From the NCBI GenBank assembly GCA_029721355.1, contig CM056605.1, positions 4,342,108 to 4,406,107 on the forward strand: DNA of 64,000 nucleotides, in the 5' to 3' direction. Under the pieces are notes generated by a model that did no database searches, was not told where the DNA came from, and was given only the letters and a program-made list of their open reading frames with translations. Positions 12,770 to 23,799 of the stretch are shown here, one piece after another. Made by a program: the position numbers and the translations under genes. This stretch comes from Tegillarca granosa (taxonomy: Eukaryota). How positions within the stretch are numbered: position 1 is the stretch's first letter; every line of letters begins with the position of its first letter.

Positions 12770-13970
12770 ACAATGCTAAATCCACAACACATGTTGTACG
12801 TATCAACCTGATAACTTAACGTATGTACCAACCTGACACCTTATTGTATGTATCAACCTGACACATTGTATGTATCAACCTGATACCTTATCGTATGTAT
12901 CAACCTGACACCTTATTGTATGTATCAACCTGATACCTTTTTGTATGTATCAACCTGTCACCTTATTGTATGTATCAACCTGACACCTTATTGTATGTAG
13001 CAACCTGATACCTTATTGTATGTATCAACCTGACACCTTATTGTATGTATCAACCTGACACCTTATTGTATGTATCAACCTGATACCTTATTGTATGTAT
13101 CAACCTGATACCTTTTTTGATACCTTATTGTATGTATCAACCCGACACATTGTATGTATCAACCTGACACCTTATTGTATGTATCAACCTGATACCTTAT
13201 TGTATGTATCAACCTGACACATTGTATGTATCAACCTGACACATTGTATGTACCAACCTGACACATTGTATGTATCAACCTGATACCTTATTGTATGTAT
13301 CAACCTGACACTTTATTGTATGTATCAACCTGATACCTTATTGTATGTATCAACCTGACACCTTATTGTATGTATCAACCTGATACCTTTTTTGATACCT
13401 TATTGTATGTATCAACCTGATACCTTATTGTATGTATCAACCTGACACCTTATTGTATGTATCAACCTGATACCTTATTGTATGTATCAACCTGTCACCT
13501 TATTGTATGTATCAACCTGACACCTTATTGTATGTATCAACCTGACACCTTATTGTATGTATCAACCTGACACCTTATTTGATACCTTATTGTATGTATC
13601 AACCTGACACCTTATTTGATACCTTATTGTATGTATCAACCTGATACCTTATTGTATGTATGAACCTGATACCTTATCGTATGTATCAACCTGATACCTT
13701 ATTGTATGTAACAACCTGACACCTTATTTGATACCTTATTGTATGTATCAACCTGATACCTTATTGTATGTATCAACCCGATACCTTATTGTATGTATCA
13801 ACCTGATACCTTTTTGTATGTATCAACCTGTCACCTTATCGTATGTATCAACCTGACACCTTATTGTATGTATCAACCTGATACCTTATTGTATGCATCA
13901 ACCTGATACATAACTGTATGTATCAACCTGATACCTTATTGTATGTATCAACCTGATACCTTATTTATCA
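12770..13970. repeat. Minisatellite of about 48 copies of a 25-bp unit, CAACCTGACACCTTATTGTATGTAT with a T/C variant.
   Basis: Direct tandem repeats are visible in the sequence. The array sits in the intron between exons 52 and 53. Confidence 0.9.
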
Positions 13971-15143
13971 GCTCTGTGTTCAAAAGAATGATATAGATCC
14001 AGAGTCAAAAGCATTTAATGCAGATTTAGCCCTGTATATTTCTATTAATCACATATAAATAATGCAATGGCTTGTTTTAATTTTATCCGTATATTATAAA
14101 TTGTTCTTTGATGAAATAAAAGTTTGAAGTTTTTTTTCCAGCAAGATAACATCACATTTTCTCAAGTGCTGAGAATTACCAAAACAAAGGTCTATATGAT
14201 ATACAGTCAAACTTCAATTATTGGAACTTCTATTTTTCTAATACCCTAGTTTATATGAAGTTTTTGGTAGGTCCCAACCACCCTGCACTATAATTTCTTA
14301 TTAAAACACTTTTTCATTTTCTAACTGGAGTCCCAAGTTGACTTTTCAGTGAACATATAACCCAATTTTCTTTTTCTTGTAATAACAAGAAACTATGAAA
14401 TTAAACAAATAATATTTATTTTGCAATAAAAGTTGATAGAGACAGTCATAGTCTTTTTCACATTTGAATTCTAGAAATTATATGAACTTGTTCACTACTG
14501 TTTTGTTTAAGATTCTAAAAATTCATAAAAAGTATACTGCCTGCATAAAGCTAAGTGCATTCTCTCTGAATAGCTGTTTTTATTATTATGTATCATATGT
14601 ATTACCAAGCAAACTTGATTTCATAAAGGATAACATTCAATTTTGATTTATGTTGAAGTAAAACTTATCTTTGTTTGTTTGTTTGTTTTTTTTTTTTTTT
14701 TTAGGAATGAATCATGATACGTCATGACAATTTTATCATAAATTGGCACCAGTAAAACACTTTGAATATGCAATATGTACTGTACTGTCTTGAGATACAT
14801 GTAACATGTGTTGAATCACAGTTCCCTTTCCAAATTCACTTATTCAAACTCCTCAATTTATCAAACCTAAAATTAGACCTTTCAACTTGGAATAATTAAA
14901 GTTTGACTGTATAATAGTTTGTAGATGCTAATGTACTTCTACTGATCTTTGTTACCCATCTACAATGTCTTTATTTTCTTTCTTCCCCTTCCCATCATCC
15001 CCTCCCCCCAAAAAAAGAAAGAAAAAAAGAAAAAGAAAAGAAACTTCTTCTTTGAAATACATGTATTTACAGAAATGTTACTGTTAAACCAATAAATCTG
15101 ATTTGATGATTGTTGACCAGCACATTATACCAGAAACACTTAC

Positions 15144-15302
15144 CCCTCAGCAACAGCTGTTACATTATCTGTATTCCACACACTGATTTTACCTTTCCAG
15201 CTGGATGAGAAGAATACTTGACCAGATTTTGCCCTTAAGTGTTCATTCCAGAAGAGAGATGTCACAGGACAGTCTGTTTTAAATACCTTCATCTTCTTAA
15301 TG
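15144..15302 (-). CDS. TEP1: Exon 52, WD40.
   Basis: Acceptor ttgttattttgatag|C, donor GG|GTAAGT. Peptide SIKKMKVFKTDCPVTSLFWNEHLRAKSGQVFFSSSWKGKISVWNTDNVTAVAE. Confidence 0.7.
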
Positions 15303-15977
15303 CTATCAAAATAACAATGATATTACAATTTTCTGCCACAAATAGATACAGTATACAATATTTATCAGATGTAAATGTATTTAAATCTTAAAGCAGGAAT
15401 TGTTTGTAGCTGTATAATAAAATACTTTATACATATGTGATGTAGTGATCTACAGCACTGGCTCAAACATCATAGCACATTTCACCACTAAGGTATAAAT
15501 CTGACTTGAGTACTCCCTAGTGCAAGAAATTGAATTGTTTGCCAAAGATTAGCAATTTTTTTCAGGGTTTCAAAATTTCTTCACAATCCCAACACCCATG
15601 TATTTGGAAAAAATAAAGCACTATTTATCCACTCCACTCCAATACTTCATACCACATGTGTGAAACAACATTTAGCATGTTGATAAACTACATATCTGAT
15701 TCATAACATACTGCACTGCAATACTTCATACCACATGTGTGATACATTTTGCATGTTGAATAAAATACATATCTGATTCATAATATACTGTACTTTTCAT
15801 GGTAGAAAAATATTCCAATATACATGTATATATGGAAAGAATCCAGTATAATGTTTGCAAATAATGGTAATTTCAATTAATATTTTAATGTCAAATAAAT
15901 GAATCAAAAGACTTTAAAACAAGACAAAATCACTAGATACAAACCATAACCTATGTAAAATGTACAATTAATCTCAC

Positions 15978-16099
15978 CTTAAAGTATTTCTGGTCCGTGT
16001 TAAATTCCATACAATGATATAATTATCATCTCCAGCAGTAACAAACTTCAGTCCATCTCGAGAGAGAAAGGTAGCTGCATTGACCGACTTTGTATGTGC
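15978..16099 (-). CDS. TEP1: Exon 51, WD40.
   Basis: Acceptor tacttttag|GCA, donor AG|GTGAGA. Peptide AHTKSVNAATFLSRDGLKFVTAGDDNYIIVWNLTRTRNTL. Confidence 0.75.
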
Positions 16100-16520
16100 C
16101 TAAAAGTAAGGTTACAAAAATAACATAAAAATGCAAAGAATAGTGGGTACTTGTACATAAATCTACACTTATACTGACAGATGGTATAAATTTCAACTAA
16201 TTTTGAAGAGAGATCTTGATGTCTTACAATGAATATCTTATTGATAATATTACAGTATTATACATTAATGGTAAATTTTCATATATATATAAGGTTCTAT
16301 CAAATGAGTCACAGCAATGGTAACTTAAACTTTTAACTTATTGCATTTGTGGATATATTCAAGGATTAAATTATTAAAAGTACAGGGTATTTCTTGGGGT
16401 ACAAAAAATTATCATTTTTCTTACATTCTTCTTTCATTATAGTTATGCAATTATTTTAAAATATTTATTTTGCCATCCTTGAACATAAAACTTTTCCATT
16501 ACTAGTTATACCTGTTACTT

Positions 16521-16571
<51 letters not shown>

Positions 16572-16575
<4 letters not shown>

Positions 16576-18340
16576 GGCTCAGGAAAACTTTGACTGAGGT
16601 GTCGGACATTTTTTTTTCAAAGCAACTGTACAACAACCGTTGCAGTGAAAAGCAAATAAAAAAAAAAAAAAAAAAAAAAAAACAAAAAAAAAAAACAACA
16701 TTGTTATTGACTATGTATATTTAAAAGGTTTTTAATATTAATATAGAAGTTTTTTTAAAAGGGTTTAACTACCACGAAGTTATTTAAATAAATATATATG
16801 GTCAGACTTATGTGTCCACATATTAAAGTGTTGATTTTGAACTGTCGGCGTTGACGACACATGGCTTGACGGCCACCTTTGTTTATTGACAATCGCGCAT
16901 TTTCGTTTTCCCGAAGTAACACGAACTTTACTGAACCTCATTTTGAGACCTCTTTGATTTTATTTAGACTTTTTAAAATTATTTATTTATAACTAAACAG
17001 TTTGCCAAGACCGTACTATGCGCGTTGTATTATTATTTAACATCCCGCGTGGAACCTCTTTAAAATAGTCCGACGACCATGACCTTCAAGGACTCGTTAT
17101 CAGCTGTTTATGGCTTCCGTCTGTTAAGCGATGTGATTACTTATAAACAACATATCAACAAAAGTAATGATGATTCGGACGATGAAACAAAAGGAACAGA
17201 TTGAGACCATGGATTTTAACTGATTAATAAACAAAAGCCTAATTATTAGATCTGTATTATTTATTGAAAATGACTGACAGGTGATAGCAAAGAATACTCG
17301 AGTAAAATAATGACCGATAAACATATTTATTTACGTGTCTGATTAACTGAATTCTATTTTAAACTAAAAATGTCCGACAAGCAATATTTCACATCGGACA
17401 AAAATATTTTTTGTCGGACATGTCTGGCAAATATGACCGTTTCTGGACCCCTGATATACATGTATATATATATATATATATATATCAGGCCTCCAGAAAA
17501 CTTTGACTGGGGTGTTGGACATTTTTCAAAGCAACCGTACCACCGATGCTGTGTAAAGCAAAAAAAAAAAAACACAAAAAAACGTACCACTGATGTTGTT
17601 ATTGACAGTGTTTCTTAAAAAGATTTTAATATCAAATAGATTTTAAAAAGGATTTAACTACTACATAAAGGTTATTTAGGTACATGTGGTCAGGCTCATG
17701 TGTCCACATGGTGTCGATTTTTGTACTGTCGACATTGACGACACAAGGTTTGATGTCCATCTTTGTTTATTGACAATCGTGCGTTTTCTTTTTTCCGAAG
17801 TTACACAAACTTTATTGAACCTCATTTCGAGACCTCTCTGATTGTGTTTAGACTTCTTAAAATTATTTATTTATAACTAAACAGTTTGCAAAGACCATAT
17901 GATGCATGTTGTAGTCTTATTTGACATCCCACGTGGAACCTCTTTGATAATAGTCCGACGACCATGACCTTCAAGGATCAACCCTGGTAATCAGCTGTTT
18001 ATGGCTTCCGTCTGTTAAGCGATGTGATTACTTAATAAACAACTTAACAACAAAATTAATGAGGGTTCGGACAATAAAACAAAAGAAACGGATAGAGACC
18101 ATGGATTCTAACTGATTAATAAACAAAAGCCTAATTATTATATTTGTAGTAATTATTGAAAATGGTTGACAGGTGATAGCAAACAATACTCGAGCAAAAT
18201 AATGACCGACAAACATATTTATTTATATGTCCGATTAACTGAATTCTATTATTAACTAAAAATGTGATTCTCACATTGGACAAAAATATTTTTTGTCGGA
18301 CATGTCCGGCAAATATGACCGTTTCCGGACCCCTGATATA
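16572..18340. mobile_element. Two tandem copies (about 16572-17470 and 17481-18340) of a roughly 0.9-kb CpG-containing element bounded by TGTCGGACA-type inverted motifs and flanked by (AT)n microsatellites.
   Basis: Each copy starts CAGG(G/C)C..AGAAAACTTTGACTG.GGTGT.GGACATTTTT and ends AAAAATGTCCGACAA...TTTTTTGTCGGACATGTC. The interior (GTCGGCGTTGACGACACATGG, CGCGCATTTTCG, CCCGCGTGGAACC, GTCCGACGACCATGACC) is unusually CpG-rich for this window. Confidence 0.5.
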
Positions 18341-18351
18341 TATATATATAA

Positions 18352-18413
<62 letters not shown>

Positions 18414-18562
18414 AAAATATTAGTTTCTCAGTGTCCGGTAGAATATAATAAAATAAATAAATAAGTACAACACGATTCATGAATGTTACTATGTAAAGCG
18501 TCTGAAGATGTAATGAAAGCGCTAATGCTTTACAAAATCGTGTAGTACTTATTTATTTATTT

Positions 18563-18606
<44 letters not shown>

Positions 18607-18636
18607 ATCTTTTATAAATATATGACTTAAACTAAC

Positions 18637-18703
18637 CTTTATATTGATAACACATTCTGGTACATTTGAACTTGTTTTCTTCCAAACTTTTAAAGTTCCA
18701 TCT
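18637..18703 (-). CDS. TEP1: Exon 50, WD40.
   Basis: Acceptor ttttttttcag|A, donor AAG|GTTAGT. Peptide RDGTLKVWKKTSSNVPECVINIK. Confidence 0.75.
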
Positions 18704-19438
18704 CTGAAAAAAAAAATTATTTCAATACATGTATGATAAAAGTTCAATGTATGTTATAGTTGGTATAAATCTTGATTGTGTTGGTAACAATTACATTTTA
18801 TAAACTTTTATTTCAACATTAGAGCTGGAGTCAAGTAACCCTGTTATACATTTCACACTAGATTCTCTCAGTCACATGGTGGTTGTCAGTTCTTAAACAG
18901 ATGAAGAAATCAGTGTTATCCAGGAAAACAAACCATTTTGACAAGCAAATTGACAGTTTCTCACTATTGAATCTGCCCTATTGCAGAGCACAAATTAACA
19001 TTATCTAACAGAATATTTAGACAGTCTTATTAATTACATCATTTTTTTTTATTAAAAAAAGAAAAGAAAAATGAGGATATTTATGAGAACTAGTAGGTAT
19101 CAATTAACATATTTTTGGTGATTATACTAGTCAAAAAATAGTAAAAATTGTTTATGTATAATGTTTATTTTTCTTTAATATCCATAATCCATGGCCACTG
19201 TACTACACAACTTGAAGAACAAAATGAAAAAAATGTGTCAGCCACTGATGAAAATTGGAAATAAAAGGCATGACCAGAAAAAATGAGTAGGATTTTTTAT
19301 TTGTGCTTATGAATATACAGCAATATAAGTGATTATCTTGAATATCCTGTTGTACAGTAACCTAATTAGTAGTATCAATGACTCAGTAGACTATGCATTT
19401 TAGATATATCTCTTTATGTAGCATGTACTAATTCTTAC

Positions 19439-19650
19439 CTGCTGCCAGTTAGAATGATGCCATCATCCAGGGAGCTAACAGTGAATGTCACCTCTGCATT
19501 GTGACCACTCTCTGATGTATCTTCAGTTAGCTCTGGATGCCAGAGTTTGACCGACTTATCTAGTGATGAAGAACAAACTTGACCAGCACTGTCTGAGGCA
19601 ACACTAATGACCTTGTCAGCATGACCTTGCAAGTTTGCTATTTCATTTGC
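19439..19650 (-). CDS. TEP1: Exon 49, WD40, about two repeats.
   Basis: Acceptor ttttattttgaacag|GCA, donor AG|GTAAGA. Peptide ANEIANLQGHADKVISVASDSAGQVCSSSLDKSVKLWHPELTEDTSESGHNAEVTFTVSSLDDGIILTGS, compared with human VCQTHTLLGHSGPVRAAAVSETSGLMLTASEDGSVRLWQVPKEADDTCIPRSSAAVTAVAWAPDGSMAVSGN. Confidence 0.9.
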
Positions 19651-19746
19651 CTGTTCAAAATAAAAAGAATAATTGAAAGAATATATAAAACAAAACAATA
19701 CTGCATAGTAAAACTTTGACAATGTAAAAATATTTCTCAAAAATAT

Positions 19747-19895
19747 TAGAGTGGAGTGAAATGACGGTATTCTACACTCTAGCCTAGAGTCTTCAAGATT
19801 ATTAGCCTAAAGGTCTGTGATTTTCTCCACACTATTCTTCCTAGACATTGATGGTCACAATATAAGTGAAAGAATCTTGATTCCGATGTGAAACA
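19747..19895 (+). mobile_element. SINE copy, 5'-truncated or diverged.
   Basis: Tail CCACACTATTCTTCCTAGACATTGATGGTCACAATATAAGTGAAAGAATCTTGATTCCGATGTGAAACACCATTACTCC matches the family's 3' region. Confidence 0.5.
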
Positions 19896-20094
19896 CCATT
19901 ACTCCTCTTCAATTTTAATTCAATGTTACCAAAATAATTCATATTTTCAAAATTTCTGTTTTAAATGCTTCTTTTTACTTTACTGGTATTCCAAATGTGT
20001 AAAAAATATTGCTTTTAAGTCCATGCCAACATAAACTTAACTCAAAGCATATTGTAAACATTCCATAACTGTGTTAGAATGCTTTAATGTGTAC

Positions 20095-20246
20095 CTCAAG
20101 AGGTTTCCATAGCCTCACTGTGCCATCATCTCCACATGTAGCTACAAGAACTTCTTCAATCTTTATATTTGGTTTCCTGACTTTCTTTGCTGTTGCTTCA
20201 TTGTCAGCTTCATCAACTTCCATGGCCCAGTCTGACACATCCACCT
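20095..20246 (-). CDS. TEP1: Exon 48, WD40.
   Basis: Acceptor ttctttccatacag|AG, donor GAG|GTACAC. Peptide EVDVSDWAMEVDEADNEATAKKVRKPNIKIEEVLVATCGDDGTVRLWKPLE, compared with human ...LLVVTVGLDGATRLWHPLL. Confidence 0.8.
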
Positions 20247-20852
20247 CTGTATGGAAAGAAGAATATATATTATAAAAATAACAAATAAAATTGTATATCC
20301 AGAAAAAAAAACAAATTCACAGATTCATAAATATTTATTGAAGTTCAGATGGTCCAAACATTTATATTTTCATATAATTAGCCTTTAATTACTGCTACTT
20401 TATATGTATCTTGCTTACTTATCTTCTCCTAAACAAACACTCATTACCATGGTGAAAAAAAAAGGTATTGATGAGCATATGAAATATCCCATTTGGATTT
20501 TGTCAAACAGACATGACAGGATATATAAATGAATGCATGAGCTCATATTTATTTCTAGAAGTCAACAAAATGTTTCAGTAAACTGTAAATCACCTAATTT
20601 TCATGAGCACTTTATTTTCTTGATATTCAGGACATGGTAACAATTCGCAAAAATTAAGTGTTGCAAAATTTAAGTGATTTTAAAAATAAACCAACCATGA
20701 CATAATGTAATATACAAATATAAACATATTTTATTAGGGGTTACCTTTGGGGAAATTGGTAAAACTTGGTATGTATTTGTGAAAAAAGTTCCGCAAAATT
20801 AAAGTGATTTACAGTAAATATATTACTATCATATTAAACAAAATTCTCTCAC

Positions 20853-21000
20853 CTTTAACTTCTTGTCCCTGGGAAACCCTGACAAACAAGTCACATGAAT
20901 TAGCTCTCTGAGTGTGACCATACAATGTTGTAATCTCTGTACCTTTATGAGACCAGACTTTAACAGAACCATCACTACAACTCGACACTATACAACCATA
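20853..21000 (-). CDS. TEP1: Exon 47, WD40.
   Basis: Acceptor tatatttcag|TAT, donor G|GTGAGA. Peptide YGCIVSSCSDGSVKVWSHKGTEITTLYGHTQRANSCDLFVRVSQGQEVK, compared with human EEHVVSVSRDGTLKVWDHQGVELTSIPAHSGPISHCAAAMEP. Confidence 0.8.
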
Positions 21001-21500
21001 CTGAAATATAAGGATGGTTTTGATTGGTCAGTCAATAATGGCTGACTTAAAACTCTTAAGGAGAAAAAACATCATTCTTCTGAGAACAATATAACAAACA
21101 TTAAGAGCCTTTTAAGTCTGTACATTGAAAAAAGTCAAAATAAAATAAAGAGATTTTTTGCACAATACTGAGAGAAAATACACAAATGCAATAATAATTG
21201 ACAGCTATATGATAACTAAATGCATACAAACTTCAGGAACTAGGAGGCAATATTGACTATGAGACGAGGGACTAAAGGTGTTAGGTATAAGCAATAGGCA
21301 AATTCTTACTGCTTATGGGCCATACCTCTATACATACCTCTACAGGAGTTTGTGAATGTAAAAAAAAATAAGTATGCACTCATTGACAAATTGTGTAGTT
21401 GTATATTAGTAAAAAAAATTTGAAAAAGAAAATTTTTAGCATGGAGCTCATTCTTCTAAATCCCTACTCTGCTACTAAACAGTAATATTTTACAACTCAC

Positions 21501-21608
21501 ACTAAATGCTACAGAGTTAATGGATGCCATATGACCTGTCAACTTGAACTTTTCTTTACAATTTACCCAATCCCAAATCTTCAGATTGAAATCATTGGAT
21601 GAAGTCAC
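21501..21608 (-). CDS. TEP1: Exon 46, WD40.
   Basis: Acceptor cttttttttcag|GTG, donor AGT|GTGAGT. Peptide VTSSNDFNLKIWDWVNCKEKFKLTGHMASINSVAFS, compared with human SCSSDGSVGLWDPESGQRLGQFLGHQSAVSAVAA. Confidence 0.85.
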
Positions 21609-22178
21609 CTGAAAAAAAAGAAAAAAAAAAAAAAGAAAATAAAACAGATTATATTTGATATTCATAAGAGATCACAAAAAACAATGAAGAGATTAAACAG
21701 GTGATTTATCTGTTATGAAGGCTGAGCATCTGAGCAATAATAGGATAATAATCTGTAACTGAATATTGCATATTAAAACCCATCTAACAGATAATTTTAT
21801 CAGTTTTGGAGACCTATCTGAGAAAAGAAAATTACTAATCTATTATGATGTCTCATCTGAGCAATACTAGAATACTAATCTGTTATGATGACCCATTAGA
21901 TCACTAAAATGTCTGTTGGTCTACATAATTTAACTTAATCACAGTATTTGTCTTGGAAACATTTAAATGTACATCAATTAAACATCAACAATTCCCTCCA
22001 AATCGTTCCATCAAGAAAAATGCAGTTGCAAAAGTCAGGCAAGTATGCTTTTATGATTTATATTTAGTGTTTGAAGTGTTAATTAATTTAATAACCTGAA
22101 ATATTGTTCTAAGTTGTCAAGGTTAAAGCTGGAAAAAATTTGTGATCATTGGTTAAGAATTAACCAATTAGAACTTAC

Positions 22179-22304
22179 AATATAATCTCCAGTATTTGAC
22201 CATTTACAATCAGTGATCCAATCAGAATGGCAGGCATGGAGAGTTTTAATTGGATCACAGTCCGAGTCCAAAATGTTCATCCTTAAATCCCAGATAACTA
22301 CAGA
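22179..22304 (-). CDS. TEP1: Exon 45, WD40.
   Basis: Acceptor ttaccattttcag|TCT, donor ATT|GTAAGT. Peptide SVVIWDLRMNILDSDCDPIKTLHACHSDWITDCKWSNTGDYI, compared with human SLLCWDVRTPKTPVLIHSFPACHRDWVTGCAWTKDNLLI. Confidence 0.9.
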
Positions 22305-23003
22305 CTGAAAATGGTAAGAAAATTATATTATTATAAGTGTTTATGATGACACAATGACAATAATCTAAATGACGACGTGGTTGATTAAAATGGACTTAAA
22401 ACAAGACTGGTTGGTTGGTTGTTATGTTGCTTAATGTCATATCAACAAAATTTAGTAGAGCAAGTTTATTTATCTCTAAGGATTAATCTAACAAGTTTGT
22501 GTATGCCTGAAATGTACAAGTGTGTAATTAATCTGCCTTGAACTAGGGCACAATAATGGCACTTTTTGTTAAGATTCTTGCAGAACCAATCAGACTGTTG
22601 CAGGCAAGCATACCTCTCCTCCAGTCACATTATCCAGGCACTGGGTGAACTAGTCTATAACTTGTGTCTAGTGACAGATGATGATGATAATGATGATGAT
22701 GAGGAGGAGGAAGAGGAGGGGGAGGAGAAGCTTTATAAAGCATTGTATAAAATATACATATGAAAAATACTTGGTCAAAATTTTAAATAATTTTGTAACA
22801 AATACATGTATGTCTACAAAATATTATCAAAGAGAGCTAACAAAAGAACAGTATAAAGCTCAGTCAGTCATTTAGTTGACTCAAAAAGCAAATCAAAACA
22901 GTTTAATACTGGATGTCTTTGTTGAAATTGACACACATGCTTTACAGGTACATGATGTATGAACAAAGACTAATATACCATATAAAAATTATGAACCACT
23001 TAC

Positions 23004-23112
23004 AGCATCTCTACTAGCTGTGGCTAATTTTGATAAGTCTGGACTAAATGTACAACTAGTAAGTGGAGCTACATGTCCAGTCATCGTACAAAGTGCCTTC
23101 ACAGGGGCTTTT
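23004..23112 (-). CDS. TEP1: Exon 44, WD40.
   Basis: Acceptor tttatttaaacag|A, donor GCT|GTAAGT. Peptide RKAPVKALCTMTGHVAPLTSCTFSPDLSKLATASRDA, compared with human KAEDFPCGTELRGHEGPVSCCSFSTDGGSLATGGRDRS. Confidence 0.85.
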
Positions 23113-23635
23113 CTGTTTAAATAAACAAAAAATCCATTAAATATATATCAAATAATAAAATAAACATTGGAAATAGAAAACAATGTCAGAACATTTGCAT
23201 TATCTCATAATTTTTCATATCAATATGAACAATGTTTTTAAAAAGATAGAAAAATAAAATTTTAATTCTACAAGTTGTGTATCGATAATTAATCATCTTA
23301 AAAAAAGATGCTTTAAAAATTTGAAATTTACATGAAAGATTTGTGTTAATATTCTGATTTAAAAGATAACACATTAACTGATTTGAATAAATAACTTTTT
23401 ATATCATTTTCAAAACAAATTAAAAAATAAATGTATATGATCTTCTTTCAAAGGTTTATTTCATCATATCTTTAAATACAAGTTTTCTTTTTAAAGAAGT
23501 GGTTGTGTCATAGCAGACAATTCACAGTGTATTTCTATATCATCAATTTTACATATCACTGTATATAAAAAGGCTTTTTGTGCTGGACATTCAAAATCAA
23601 ACATGATAATATTTTCACCTCATATAAATAAATAC

Positions 23636-23787
23636 CTTTGTATTGTGTAAGATTTGACTATTGGAAAGACCCGGCATGCAAAGTCTTCACAACCTGTGGC
23701 TATATAGTTAGCTACAACTGATAAACAAGTAACTGGCTTTGGATGATCAATTAGACTAGCCATCTTCTTAATTGTTGAATCAAATAT
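23636..23787 (-). CDS. TEP1: Exon 43, WD40.
   Basis: Acceptor attacatttacag|ATA, donor AG|GTATTT. Peptide IFDSTIKKMASLIDHPKPVTCLSVVANYIATGCEDFACRVFPIVKSYTIQ, compared with human ...RFQKPVLGLATSQELLASASEDFTVQLWPRQLL. Confidence 0.75.
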
Positions 23788-23799
23788 CTGTAAATGTAA

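Noticed and set aside
22566-22875. Plus-strand acidic ORFs (DDDDNDDDEEEEEEGEE) over a (GAT)n/(GAG)n tract.
   Set aside because: It is a trinucleotide microsatellite inside an intron of the minus-strand gene. It has no splice context and no homology.
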